Under the pieces are notes generated by a model. That model was not told the origin of the DNA. It worked only from the letters and a program-made list of their open reading frames with translations, and searched no databases. 64,000 nucleotides of DNA from an uncultured Dehalococcoidia bacterium (GTDB lineage: Bacteria > Chloroflexota > Dehalococcoidia > Lucifugimonadales > UBA1127), in NCBI GenBank assembly GCA_913049785.1, contig CAJWXP010000003.1, positions 14,890 to 78,889 on the forward strand, read 5' to 3'. Below, piece after piece: positions 51,727-61,051 of this stretch (position 1 is its first letter; the number at the start of each line of letters is the position of its first letter). Both the position numbers and the translations under genes were made by a program.

Positions 51727-52800
51727 TCAAGGAGCTAGGTAGATGCCTTTGGCGCGCCTGACGCTTTTGATGCGCATTTCCGCCAGCCAGTCAGCAGCCT
51801 TAGCTGTCGAGATATTCTCGTCCTTAGATATACTCATCACCTTCTCCACGGAATCGGCGATACCCGCCACACGCTCCATCGCCTCCTCCTCCTGGTACGG
51901 TCGACCGATCTCGTACGATAGGTTGATCACACCCCCCGCGTTCAAGACGTAGTCGGGGACGTACAGCACACCCTTCTTCCACAGCGTTTCGCCGTCCTCA
52001 GGCGTCAGGAGCTGGTTGTTGGCCGAGCCCGCCACCATCTTGCACTGAAGCCTATCGATAGTATTGCTGTTGATGGAGCCGCCGAGGGCGCAGGGTGCAA
52101 AGATTTCACAGTCAACATCGTAGATGGCATCGGGATCCTCGAGGATGGTGCTTCCCAGAGCCTTCGCTCGCGCAATGGCGTCGGGGTTGATATCGCACAC
52201 GGTGAGTCGAGCGCCCTCCACGAGGAGGTGGTCAGCCAGATACCCGGCCACCTTCCCAAACCCTTGTATCGCGATGGACACGTCCTTCAGCGAGTCGGTA
52301 CCCAAAGCCTGCTTCGCCGCTACCTTCATGCCCCGGTAGATGCCGAAGCCAGTTGCCTTGGAGGGGTCGCCGCTTCCGCCGAGGGTTCTTGGTAGCCCCA
52401 CCACGTGGGAAGTCGCCTGACTGATGGCCGCCAAGTCCTCTGGGGTTGAGCCAACGTCTTCTGTGGTAATGTACCTGCCACCCAGTCCTTCCAGGAACTG
52501 ACCGAATGCACGCATCATCCCTTCATGCTTGTCCGTGCGGGGGTCAGCCCAGATGAGAGCCTTTCCGCCGCCTAGGTTCAGCCCGGCAGCGGCGTTCTTG
52601 TAGGTCATAGCTCGAGCAAGGCGCAGGACATCAGTGAGTGCCGCTTCTTCTGTGGGGTGAGGCCATATGCGGGTGCCGCCAAGCGCAGGGCCTAACGTGG
52701 TGTCATGGATTGCGATGAACGCCTTGAGTCCGGCGTTCTTGTCCACGGCCACAACCAGTTGCTCATAATCGCCGGATTCCATGACCTCAACGATTTCCAT
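51727..52800 (-). CDS. Leu/Phe/Val dehydrogenase family (leucine dehydrogenase-like)
   Basis: IHDTTLGPALGGTRIW, MTYKNAAAGLNLGGGKA and GFGKVAG (NAD Rossmann) motifs. Confidence 0.85.
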   Translation of the reverse strand: MEIVEVMESGDYEQLVVAVDKNAGLKAFIAIHDTTLGPALGGTRIWPHPTEEAALTDVLRLARAMTYKNAAAGLNLGGGKALIWADPRTDKHEGMMRAFGQFLEGLGGRYITTEDVGSTPEDLAAISQATSHVVGLPRTLGGSGDPSKATGFGIYRGMKVAAKQALGTDSLKDVSIAIQGFGKVAGYLADHLLVEGARLTVCDINPDAIARAKALGSTILEDPDAIYDVDCEIFAPCALGGSINSNTIDRLQCKMVAGSANNQLLTPEDGETLWKKGVLYVPDYVLNAGGVINLSYEIGRPYQEEEAMERVAGIADSVEKVMSISKDENISTAKAADWLAEMRIKSVRRAKGIYLAP

Positions 52801-52964
52801 AGTGCATACCTCCGGCTCTTGGGGTAGGAGAAGCGTAGAAATTCTCCCCTTCTATTGTATCTGATGCGCCAAGGAGGCGGGAAGTTTTTGGGCAGAGCAT
52901 GACCATTCCACAAAACAATCGGAGATACGAGTCCCATGGGGCCTGAACTGCTAGGCGCTGATGC

Positions 52965-53681
52965 CTAGAGGTCTCGACTGTTCAGAGACTTCAGTGCAAT
53001 GAAGGGAAGGATCACCAACGGAACAATCCCAAGGATGACCAACGTAGTGATCTCAATGGTCAAGGACTTCCCTTGCAGCACCAGCGGCAGGTTTCCAAGA
53101 ACGCCTTCCGGCGTGAACCCGTTGGCGTACGCCACATCAAGCAGTCCCAAACCGATATACCAAAAGACGCCCAACACAACCAGACCCAATAACGTGTTGG
53201 TGAACAGGACGCTCACGGTGATTCCCAGAAAGGACAGCACGGTGAGCATAAGCGTCCAGTACGCCAAACCTACCCAGATGCCTTGCACCGTCATGTCATT
53301 GTTCAGGGCCATGGATTTCATGATGAAGGCAGTGGGCAGCACGATGACCAGGAACATGAAGATCGTGCCAAAGGAGCGGGAAACCAGCTTCGCCAGAACA
53401 TAGGGTGTCGGAGCAATCCCGCGACTGATGATGGACTCTCCAAGGAAGCGGTATTCCAGCGATATCGCGCTGACGCTGTTAACCAACACCACCAAGCTTC
53501 CAAAGGCCATGTACATCACCAACGCCCAGCCGAGGAGAAAGGATGATGTGTCCTCGTAGTTCTTGGCGACGATAACGGCAGCAACACCGCCGACGATGGT
53601 CAAAAAGAACCAGAATCGCACGATCCAGGATCGCGCCAGTACAGTCAGATCATATTCAAGCAGAGAGAGAAATGCGTTCAT
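52965..53681 (-). CDS. ABC-2-type transporter permease
   Basis: Six predicted TM helices. Overlaps the upstream ATPase gene by 1 nt. Confidence 0.6.
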   Translation of the reverse strand: MNAFLSLLEYDLTVLARSWIVRFWFFLTIVGGVAAVIVAKNYEDTSSFLLGWALVMYMAFGSLVVLVNSVSAISLEYRFLGESIISRGIAPTPYVLAKLVSRSFGTIFMFLVIVLPTAFIMKSMALNNDMTVQGIWVGLAYWTLMLTVLSFLGITVSVLFTNTLLGLVVLGVFWYIGLGLLDVAYANGFTPEGVLGNLPLVLQGKSLTIEITTLVILGIVPLVILPFIALKSLNSRDL

Positions 53682-54745
53682 TAGACAACCTCATCGGTAG
53701 ACGCCTTATCAGATGTAACGGCATCGGGCTCATCCTCACTTGGAGTCGTTTTGTCCAATACCTGATCTATGGCATCCTCAGTTTCGAAGGCGCGGGCGAA
53801 ACCCCTACGCCTGTCTTCAGCCAGGGTCTTTAGGAAAGCATCCTCCAGGTTTCCTGCCGGTTGGATGCTCTTTAGAATCACTCCATGTCGGGAAAAGGCG
53901 TCCAGCACCTGGCTCAGTACTGCCGTGAACTCCCCATCATGGTCGAAGGCAACTCGGACGGTATTAGCGCCCATCCGTTCAAACTTGATGCCGCGGACTT
54001 CCACACTGATAGTCTGGAGCGCCTGCTCCACTTCTCCCTCAATCATCATGTCCACAGTGTTATCCAGGCTGAGTTGCTTCATCTCTTTCACGGTGCCGGT
54101 GAACACCAACTTCCCATGATTCAAGATACCCACGTAGTCACAAGTCTGGTCAGCGTCTGGAAGGATGTGGGTAGAGAGGATGATCGTCTTGCCCTTGTTC
54201 CGTAATTCCTCAAAGAGGTCCAGGGTGTAATGCCGTCCCTCCGGATCCAGTCCGATGGTAGGCTCGTCCAACAGCAGCATGTCAGGATCGTTCATCAGCG
54301 CTGCGGCAATGCCAAGCCGTGTTCGTTGCCCGCTGGAAAGATGGTCGATACGCTGCGACGAGGCCTGTAGGAGATCCATCGCGTGCAGCAGTGCAGAAAG
54401 TCTTGGTTTGCGAATGCTGGAGCTGATGCCGAAGAGCTTACCTACCAGATCAAGATAGGTGATGGGGGTCATGTCTGTTGGGAAGTTCCCTCCTTGGGAA
54501 AGGAACCCTATCCTGCGACGCAGATAGCCGGTCGCAAGGGTCATGGGCTCGCCAAACACTTTGATAACGCCGGCAGTCGGGCGTTGAAGCCCCATAATCA
54601 GCCGGAGAGCCGTGCTCTTGCCAGCGCCGTTCGGGCCGATCAGTCCGAAAATGCAGCCACTAGGAATGGAGAGAGTGACACTATTAAGGGCTATTTGCCT
54701 TGTATCGTAGATCTTTGTCAGGTCATGCGTCTCAACGACGTCCAT
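53681..54745 (-). CDS. ABC transporter ATP-binding protein (ABC-2 exporter type) with C-terminal extension
   Basis: GPNGAGKST, LSSGQRTRL, LLLDEPTIGLD. Confidence 0.9.
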   Translation of the reverse strand: MDVVETHDLTKIYDTRQIALNSVTLSIPSGCIFGLIGPNGAGKSTALRLIMGLQRPTAGVIKVFGEPMTLATGYLRRRIGFLSQGGNFPTDMTPITYLDLVGKLFGISSSIRKPRLSALLHAMDLLQASSQRIDHLSSGQRTRLGIAAALMNDPDMLLLDEPTIGLDPEGRHYTLDLFEELRNKGKTIILSTHILPDADQTCDYVGILNHGKLVFTGTVKEMKQLSLDNTVDMMIEGEVEQALQTISVEVRGIKFERMGANTVRVAFDHDGEFTAVLSQVLDAFSRHGVILKSIQPAGNLEDAFLKTLAEDRRRGFARAFETEDAIDQVLDKTTPSEDEPDAVTSDKASTDEVV

Positions 54746-54879
54746 TTACCGCTCCTGCAGTACCCCTGAGCAATATTCGCACAAAGCCATGCTACTAGCA
54801 AGGGCTATACGGGGGACGGACGGCCAAATCGTAAAGCCAGTTTCAGCATCAAATAGAGTATCTGACGAGGGACGAGACT

Positions 54880-54908
54880 TTGACGCAGTTGTCGTTCCTC
54901 ACTACAAT
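54880..54908 (+). promoter_or_regulatory. near-consensus sigma-70 promoter for the DsbA-like gene
   Basis: TTGACG (54880-85), 17-nt spacer, TACAAT (54903-08), followed by SD AAGGGGGA and ATG 54933. Confidence 0.6.
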
Positions 54909-54932
54909 GGCCCAAAGTGCAAAGGGGGATTT

Positions 54933-55571
54933 ATGGAAAAGGTATCGTGTGACATTTTCTTCGACTACACCTGACCCTTCGTCTATAACGCAGCCGTGTG
55001 GCTGGAGTCTGCACAAGAACAAGGCGGAGAGACGCTGGACATTAACTGGCGAGGTTTCCTCCTGGAACAGATCAATAACAAGGAAGAGCCTGGCTGGAAA
55101 GTCTGGGAGCAACCGGACGATTATGAGTTCCGGGGCCTATGGGCTCTCAGGGCCGGCGAGGCCGCGAAGAAACAGGGCAAAGAGGCTTTCCAGAAATTCC
55201 ACATAGCGCTGCTTCGAGCCCGTCACGAGGATAGAGTCAACATTGGCGACAAGGATGTCCTGATGGAAGTAGCCAGTACCGTTGGTCTTGACCTGGAGAA
55301 GCTCCGCACCGATATGGAAGATCCGGCAATCAAGGACCAGGTAGTCACAGATCATCTGGAAGCTGTAGAGAGCCACGGGGTGTTCGGTACACCCACGTTC
55401 GTGTTCCCCAACGGCGCGGCAGCCTTCGTGAAGATGATCAAGCCACCGGAAGGGAAAGCTGCTCGTACCCTTGAACTCCTTTCCGAATTGATGAGTGAGC
55501 AAATCTATATCGGTGAGGTGAAGCGTCCTCAGCCTCCGTGGCCAAAGGGAGCTTTCACAGCCGGGCAGTAG
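54933..55571 (+). CDS. DsbA-family (Rv2466c-like) thiol oxidoreductase with in-frame TGA at the CPxC cysteine (candidate selenoprotein, or pseudogene)
   Basis: MEKVSCDIFFDYT-TGA(54972-54974)-PFVYNAAVWLES...INWRGFLLEQINN...HGVFGTPTFVFPNG...EVKRPQPPWP. Colinear with Rv2466c as recalled ([20 protein letters not shown]...VGTPTIHVNG...ELKRTRTEPPQFD). Confidence 0.65.
54991..55004 (+). promoter_or_regulatory. hairpin 16 nt downstream of the in-frame UGA (SECIS-like candidate)
   Basis: CAGCC-GUGU-GGCUG: 5-bp stem, GUGU loop. Confidence 0.3.
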
Positions 55572-55582
55572 GTCACCAAAGG

Positions 55583-56284
55583 ATGGAGCCACAGCAACTT
55601 AAATCTGTTGAAGCAGCCATTGGCGTTCGTTTCCGTGATTTGGAATTGTTGAAGCTCAGTCTCATCCATAGTTCGTATATCAATGAGCATCCTCTAGATG
55701 CCCCGGCCTCTAATGAGAGACTGGAGTATCTGGGGGATGCTCTTTTAGGTATGGCGGTGGCCAATCGACTCTACCAAGACCACCCGGAGATGCCAGAGGG
55801 TGACCTCACCGCCGCCAGGGCAGCTATCGTTTGCGGAGAGTGCCTGAGTGAGGCCGCCGCTGACCTGGGCCTTGGAGACTTCCTGTTCTTAGGACAGGGA
55901 GAGGAACAGAGCGGAGGACGCTCAAAGCCATCCAATCTGGCAGCCGGCCTGGAAGCTCTTGTTGGAGCGGTCTACTTGGATCAGGGTTACGCTGAGGCGG
56001 AAGCGTTTGGCCTTCGCATCCTGAAGAAACAGATTGACAGGATAGACATACAGTCTGTGCCCAGAGACGCAAAATCCACACTCCAGGAAGCCATGCAGGC
56101 GGAAGGCCGCGGCACTCCCACCTACAACCTGCTGGACGAGACCGGCCCCGGCCACGTCAGGACTTTCACGATTGAGGTGCTGGTAGCGGGGGAGTCCCTG
56201 GGAGAAGGCCGTGGCCAAAGGAAGTCCGATGCGGAACAGGAAGCAGCCAAAGTCGCGTTGGAGCGTCTCGGCGTGATTTTATAA
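55583..56284 (+). CDS. rnc: ribonuclease III
   Basis: NERLEYLGDALLG signature, EALVGAVYLD, and a C-terminal dsRBD (KSTLQE...GPGH...F). Start at ATG 55583. Confidence 0.9.
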   Translation: MEPQQLKSVEAAIGVRFRDLELLKLSLIHSSYINEHPLDAPASNERLEYLGDALLGMAVANRLYQDHPEMPEGDLTAARAAIVCGECLSEAAADLGLGDFLFLGQGEEQSGGRSKPSNLAAGLEALVGAVYLDQGYAEAEAFGLRILKKQIDRIDIQSVPRDAKSTLQEAMQAEGRGTPTYNLLDETGPGHVRTFTIEVLVAGESLGEGRGQRKSDAEQEAAKVALERLGVIL

Positions 56285-56345
56285 GCACACCGCGTGCCTC
56301 GCGCGCGAGGAAAAATCAGATTATTCATCCGAACAAGGAGGACGC

Positions 56346-56591
56346 ATGCGCTGGATCATCCTGCGACCTGCATCGGGTCTGGTTGGCTGGAGCCTAGCCC
56401 TCTTGACCCTGGCGACAGCCCTGCTGGGTGGATTACGTTTCTTCCTGGCAACGGGTGCCAGCCCTCGATACGTCCTCCAACGCAAGCGATGGTTTGAGAG
56501 CACCATGTTGGGTAGACCTATGGGACTCCGTGGATTCCTGGCGTTTGGCTTATGGGCGGCGGAAAACGGCAGAACTAACCACTGGCCATAG
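56346..56591 (+). CDS. small membrane protein (two hydrophobic segments)
   Basis: Strong SD AAGGAGG 5 nt before the ATG. 81 aa. Confidence 0.45.
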   Translation: MRWIILRPASGLVGWSLALLTLATALLGGLRFFLATGASPRYVLQRKRWFESTMLGRPMGLRGFLAFGLWAAENGRTNHWP

Positions 56592-56656
56592 CTAATACAC
56601 CAATTATCCTGCCGTAAAATCCCTTTATTAACACCTCCAACCATAGTCAAGCGGCC

Positions 56657-56685
56657 TTGACAGCCAGATAGTCCTATGATATTTA
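56657..56685 (+). promoter_or_regulatory. strong sigma-70-like promoter heading a ~250-nt AT-rich leader
   Basis: TTGACA (56657-62), 17-nt spacer ending in TGa, TATTTA (56680-85). Confidence 0.5.
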
Positions 56686-56870
56686 TTCTCCACGTTGAAA
56701 TGGTCAACGGAATTTGTGGTGTGTAACAATAGGGCAGACGCTCTCTTAGGCCGCTTGCCACACATCGAAATCTTAATGAGTAAATCCTTCCCAGAGCCTG
56801 AAGCGTACACACGGGTATATCTGGTATTAAGGTCTGGGCAAAATTAAACGGGAATATAGTAGCGCTTGTC

Positions 56871-56899
56871 ACTCGGCTCGGGTATAATCGCCGAGTTTT
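56871..56899 (+). terminator. intrinsic-terminator-like hairpin + U tract 42 nt before the permease ATG (attenuator or sRNA 3' end)
   Basis: ACTCGGC-N12-GCCGAGT followed by TTTTA. Confidence 0.5.
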
Positions 56900-56941
56900 A
56901 GGAATCAAGCGGCAGGAAAGCCCAGAAGAAACGAGAGGGAT

Positions 56942-57862
56942 ATGCAGCGATACATTCTTATTCGGCTGATACAATCGGTCTTCACGCTCATTGGGGTGAG
57001 TATCATTGTGTTCTCACTAGCACGGCTGTCCGGCAACCCGCTAGATGTACTGCTGCCTGACGAGGCAGATGACGAGACCTTTGAGCGCATCAGTGAGCTC
57101 TGGGGCCTGAACGATCCCTGGTACACGCAGTACTTCACCTTTGTGAAGAACGCTTCACGTGGTGAGTTCGGACCTTCCTTCAAGTGGCAGGGTAGGACCG
57201 CCATGGAATTGGTGTTCCTCCACCTCCCGGCCACCCTTCAACTAGCTGGCTTCTCCATCCTCGTAAGTGTCATCTTAGCAGTGCCCATCGGTGTCATGTC
57301 CGCTGTGAAAAAGGGGACATTGTTAGACACCGTTGGGAAGTTGGTTGCTTTATTAGGTCAATCCTTACCATCCTTCTGGCTAGCGATCGTCATGATATGG
57401 ATCTTCGCAGTGAAATTAGGGTGGTTCCCAACGTCTGGACGCGGCGGGTTTGACCACATGATCCTGCCCGGGATAGCGCTCGGCTGGTTCTCGGTTGCCT
57501 CGTTCATGCGCCTGACCCGCTCTTCCATGCTTAACGTACTGGATAGTGAGTACATCAAGCTTGCCCGCATCAAGGGGCTGCCTGAGTGGAAGGTGATTTG
57601 GAAGCACGGTCTCAAGAACGCTGCCATTCCCCCGTTGACGGTTTTTGGTGCCATTGTGGTGGGCCAGATGACCGGTTCAGTAACCATTGAGACAGTATTC
57701 GCCTGGCCCGGAATCGGCCTACTGGCTCTCCAAGCTGTGAATGCTCGCGACTATCAGGTGATCCAAGCGGTGACCATGTTCATCTCAGTATTGTTCATTG
57801 GCATGAACCTGCTCATTGATATCTTGTACGCGTACATAGACCCCCGCATACGATTCACATAA
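56942..57862 (+). CDS. ABC transporter permease (DppB/OppB family)
   Basis: MQRYILIRLIQSVFTLIGVSIIVF N-terminus. EAA loop YIKLARIKGLPEWKVIWKHGLKNA. Confidence 0.9.
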   Translation: MQRYILIRLIQSVFTLIGVSIIVFSLARLSGNPLDVLLPDEADDETFERISELWGLNDPWYTQYFTFVKNASRGEFGPSFKWQGRTAMELVFLHLPATLQLAGFSILVSVILAVPIGVMSAVKKGTLLDTVGKLVALLGQSLPSFWLAIVMIWIFAVKLGWFPTSGRGGFDHMILPGIALGWFSVASFMRLTRSSMLNVLDSEYIKLARIKGLPEWKVIWKHGLKNAAIPPLTVFGAIVVGQMTGSVTIETVFAWPGIGLLALQAVNARDYQVIQAVTMFISVLFIGMNLLIDILYAYIDPRIRFT

Positions 57863-57901
57863 ACACAAGTGATCACTAGCAGGAAATAAGGAGAACTTAT
57901 A

Positions 57902-58831
57902 ATGGCTACTGAAGGTAACGTTCTCGAAGTGCCACGAAATTTACCCTGGTATTTCCCGTCAAAGCTGCGGCACTACGCTGGGGTCGCTATCAAGGACTAC
58001 CCTGTCCTTTGGCTGATGATTTTGTTCGTGGTGCTGATCTTCCCGGCAGCCACTGCTCCATGGACAGCGCCTCATCATCCGCTGAAGCAGGAGCTCTCCA
58101 AGAGGTTGACTGCCCCAGTTTGGAGCGCTGGAACAGAAGCCAAACCCACATCCTGGTCCAACATTTTGGGCACGGACAAGCAGGGGCGAGACATTCTCAG
58201 TCGTGTCATGCACGGATCACGCATATCGCTGATGGTCTCCTTGTCAGCTTTGGCAATCGGCGGGACTGTGGGCACGACACTTGGTCTGATTTCCGGGTAC
58301 TTCGGTGGATGGGTTGACCATCTGATCATGCGTATCGTGGATGTGTTCTTAGCCTTGCCTCTCATCCTGATGGCGTTGGTCATTGTAGCCGTCTTTGGGC
58401 CCAGTTTCTGGACGGCCATTGGCGTCATCTCAGTACTCTTATGGTCACGCTACACAAGGCAGATCCGGGCAGAAGTCCTATCCATTAAGGCCATGGATTT
58501 CATTGCCAGGGCGAAAGTGGCTGGGTCATCCAACACCCGGATCATCATCAAGCACGTATTCCCCAACATCACCAATACCCTCATTGTGCTTGGCACCCTG
58601 CAGGTTGGAACGGTCATTCTGCTGGAGGCGACTCTGAGCTTCTTGGGCGCCGGCATCCCACGGCCAAACCCGGCCTGGGGCGTTATGGTTGCTGACGGGC
58701 GAGACCACATTGCAAGCGCATGGTGGATTGCGGTGATTCCCGGTATTGCCATCATGATGACGGTGCTCTCAATGAACATGATGGGTGACTGGCTACGTGA
58801 CAAACTGGATCCGAAACTACGACAGGTATAG
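57902..58831 (+). CDS. ABC transporter permease (DppC/OppC family)
   Basis: GTDKQGRDILSRVMHG motif. FIARAKVAGSSNTRIIIKHVFPN. Confidence 0.9.
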   Translation: MATEGNVLEVPRNLPWYFPSKLRHYAGVAIKDYPVLWLMILFVVLIFPAATAPWTAPHHPLKQELSKRLTAPVWSAGTEAKPTSWSNILGTDKQGRDILSRVMHGSRISLMVSLSALAIGGTVGTTLGLISGYFGGWVDHLIMRIVDVFLALPLILMALVIVAVFGPSFWTAIGVISVLLWSRYTRQIRAEVLSIKAMDFIARAKVAGSSNTRIIIKHVFPNITNTLIVLGTLQVGTVILLEATLSFLGAGIPRPNPAWGVMVADGRDHIASAWWIAVIPGIAIMMTVLSMNMMGDWLRDKLDPKLRQV

Positions 58832-58836
58832 GTGAG

Positions 58837-59886
58837 ATGACAAGCACTCAAGAAATCTTCCAGGAACCAGAAAAGAAAATCGGAGAGGTTGTTCTGGAGG
58901 TCAAAGACCTCCGGACATACCTCTATACCAAATGGGGCATCACCAAAGCGGTGGACGGACTCAACTTCCATGTGAGAGAGGGAGAAACCCTGGGCATCGT
59001 GGGAGAGTCCGGCTGTGGCAAGAGCATGACCGCACTATCTCTGCTTCGGCTGGCCCCCAAGCCGGCTGCGCGTACTGTCAGTGGCCAGATCATTCTGGAT
59101 GGTGAGGATATCCTGGAGCGCCCAGAATCTGATATGCGCTTCATCCGTGGCCAAAAGATATCCATGATCCTTCAGGACCCAATGACCTCTCTCAACCCGG
59201 TGTACACCGTGGGTAACCAGATGGTTGAGGCCCTTGGGTTGTACTACAAAGACGAAGGCAGCAAAGATATCAAGGGTCGAGCTGTGGACATCCTGCGAAG
59301 GATGGGCGTAGCCGCCCCTGAGCGTCGCGTCTTGGACTACCCCCATCAGATGAGCGGCGGCATGAAGCAGCGCGTAGTAGGCGCAATGGCTATCTCCGGA
59401 ACGCCTCGCGTGCTCATCTGCGACGAGCCTACGACCGCCTTGGACGTAACGATTCAAGCTCAGTACCTTCGGTTGTTGAAACAGGTCCAGGCAGATACCG
59501 GCGTCGCCATCATCTTCATCACCCATGACATGGGTGTGATAGCAAAGATGTGCGACAGGGTAATGGTCATGTATGCAGGCAAGATTGTGGAAACGGGCGA
59601 TGTCCGACCATTGTTCAAGAATCCCTCACACCCCTACACCAAAGCACTCATGGCATCTGTCCCTTCCATGGATGAGTCCCATGTAGAGAAGCTCTATTCC
59701 ATTGAAGGTCAGCCGCCAGCGTTGTTTGATCTTCCCGTAGGCTGTCGCTTCGCAAATAGGTGTGAGTTCGCCGATGAGAAGTGCGTAGCAGAGTATCCAC
59801 CCACGTTTGCCGATGAAGATGGTCATACAGCGGACTGCTGGCGCTTGGAAGGCCAGTGGAAGCGAGTTGCGGAAGCAACTGCCTAA
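58837..59886 (+). CDS. ABC transporter ATP-binding protein (DppD/OppD type)
   Basis: GESGCGKS, MSGGMKQR, LICDEPTTALD and CRFANRC. Confidence 0.9.
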   Translation: MTSTQEIFQEPEKKIGEVVLEVKDLRTYLYTKWGITKAVDGLNFHVREGETLGIVGESGCGKSMTALSLLRLAPKPAARTVSGQIILDGEDILERPESDMRFIRGQKISMILQDPMTSLNPVYTVGNQMVEALGLYYKDEGSKDIKGRAVDILRRMGVAAPERRVLDYPHQMSGGMKQRVVGAMAISGTPRVLICDEPTTALDVTIQAQYLRLLKQVQADTGVAIIFITHDMGVIAKMCDRVMVMYAGKIVETGDVRPLFKNPSHPYTKALMASVPSMDESHVEKLYSIEGQPPALFDLPVGCRFANRCEFADEKCVAEYPPTFADEDGHTADCWRLEGQWKRVAEATA

Positions 59887-59925
59887 ATCAGTCCCATTCT
59901 TGATTAAGTATCAATTGGAGGAGAA

Positions 59926-60897
59926 ATGGAACAGGATATCCTGCTCCAGGCGCAAGACCTGACGAAGTATTTCCCGGTTACCAAAGGATTGGTATTGCAA
60001 AAGACCGTCGGGTGGGTGCAGGCCGTTGACCATGTGAACTTCACCATTCCCAAAGGAAAGACCCTCGCCCTTGTAGGAGAATCTGGGTGTGGCAAGACCA
60101 CCACCGCCAAGTTGATCCTGCGGTTGGAAAAGCCTACTACCGGCCAGATCACCCTCGACGGCATGGATGTTCATACCATTGAAGGCGATGACCTGAAGAA
60201 GTATCACACTGACGTTTCAGCCGTGTTCCAAGATCCCTGGAGCTCTCTCAGCCCGCGGATGCGCGTGCGTGACATTATTTCTGAAGCCCTTGTCGTTAAC
60301 CAGAAGGTGGAGAAGCACGAAGCATACGAGCGAGTTGACGAGCTTTTGGTGCAGGTCGGGCTCCGAGCCCAGCAAGCCACCCTTTATCCTCACGAGTTCA
60401 GTGGTGGCCAGAGGCAGCGCCTAGCACTGGCATCGGCCCTTGTCGGCAACCCCAAGCTCATCGTGCTTGACGAGCCGGTCTCCGCTCTTGATGTATCCAT
60501 TCAAGCCCAGATCATGAACCTGCTGAAAGAGCTGCAGGACAGCTATGACGTAGGATTCCTGCTCGTTGCCCACAACCTGGCAACGGTACGGTACCTGGCC
60601 CACGAAGTGGCGGTCATGTACTTGGGCGAGATCGTGGAGCAGGCAGAGACAGACGAGCTCTACGACAACACGCTTCACCCATACACCAAGGCCCTCTTCT
60701 CCGCAGCATTGTCGGCAAACCCGGACTCCCAGCGGGAAGAGATCATACTGCGCGGTGAAGTTCCCAGCCCGATCAACCCGCCATCAGGCTGCCGGTTCCA
60801 CCAGCGATGCCCATACGTCATGGACATATGCTCCCAGGAGATTCCGGTGCGGAAAGAGGTGGCCCCAGGCCATTTTGTGAACTGTCACCTGTATTAG
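59926..60897 (+). CDS. ABC transporter ATP-binding protein (DppF/OppF type)
   Basis: GESGCGKTT, FSGGQRQR, IVLDEPVSALD and CRFHQRC. Confidence 0.9.
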   Translation: MEQDILLQAQDLTKYFPVTKGLVLQKTVGWVQAVDHVNFTIPKGKTLALVGESGCGKTTTAKLILRLEKPTTGQITLDGMDVHTIEGDDLKKYHTDVSAVFQDPWSSLSPRMRVRDIISEALVVNQKVEKHEAYERVDELLVQVGLRAQQATLYPHEFSGGQRQRLALASALVGNPKLIVLDEPVSALDVSIQAQIMNLLKELQDSYDVGFLLVAHNLATVRYLAHEVAVMYLGEIVEQAETDELYDNTLHPYTKALFSAALSANPDSQREEIILRGEVPSPINPPSGCRFHQRCPYVMDICSQEIPVRKEVAPGHFVNCHLY

Positions 60898-60917
60898 ACG
60901 ACACTTCTCCAGAAACT

Positions 60918-60960
60918 AAGAACAGCGTCCCCCTCGCGAAAGGAAGGACGCTGTTCTTTT
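60918..60960 (+). terminator. rho-independent terminator of the ABC operon
   Basis: AAGAACAGCGTCC-N15-GGACGCTGTTCTTTT. Confidence 0.75.
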
Positions 60961-61051
60961 AGGCCTCACATATAGCTGTTGTACCCCATCGAATGCATGT
61001 TGTATGGCAGGTAAGGTAGAATAGACCCAGTCCCGTGGAGGTGCTGCTGTC

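Noticed and set aside
56284-56325. GC palindrome CCTCGCGCGCGAGG after rnc as a rho-independent terminator.
   Set aside because: The hairpin is followed by an A tract, not a U tract, on the rnc strand. It may be a bidirectional or structural element, but it is not a canonical terminator for rnc.
56321-56974. 217-aa ORF on the minus strand spanning the AT-rich leader and the small membrane ORF.
   Set aside because: It has no SD. It is antisense to an ORF with a strong SD and to a promoter/terminator pair. The composition is Arg/Pro/Cys-rich and unlike neighbouring proteins. It also runs into the start of the permease gene.
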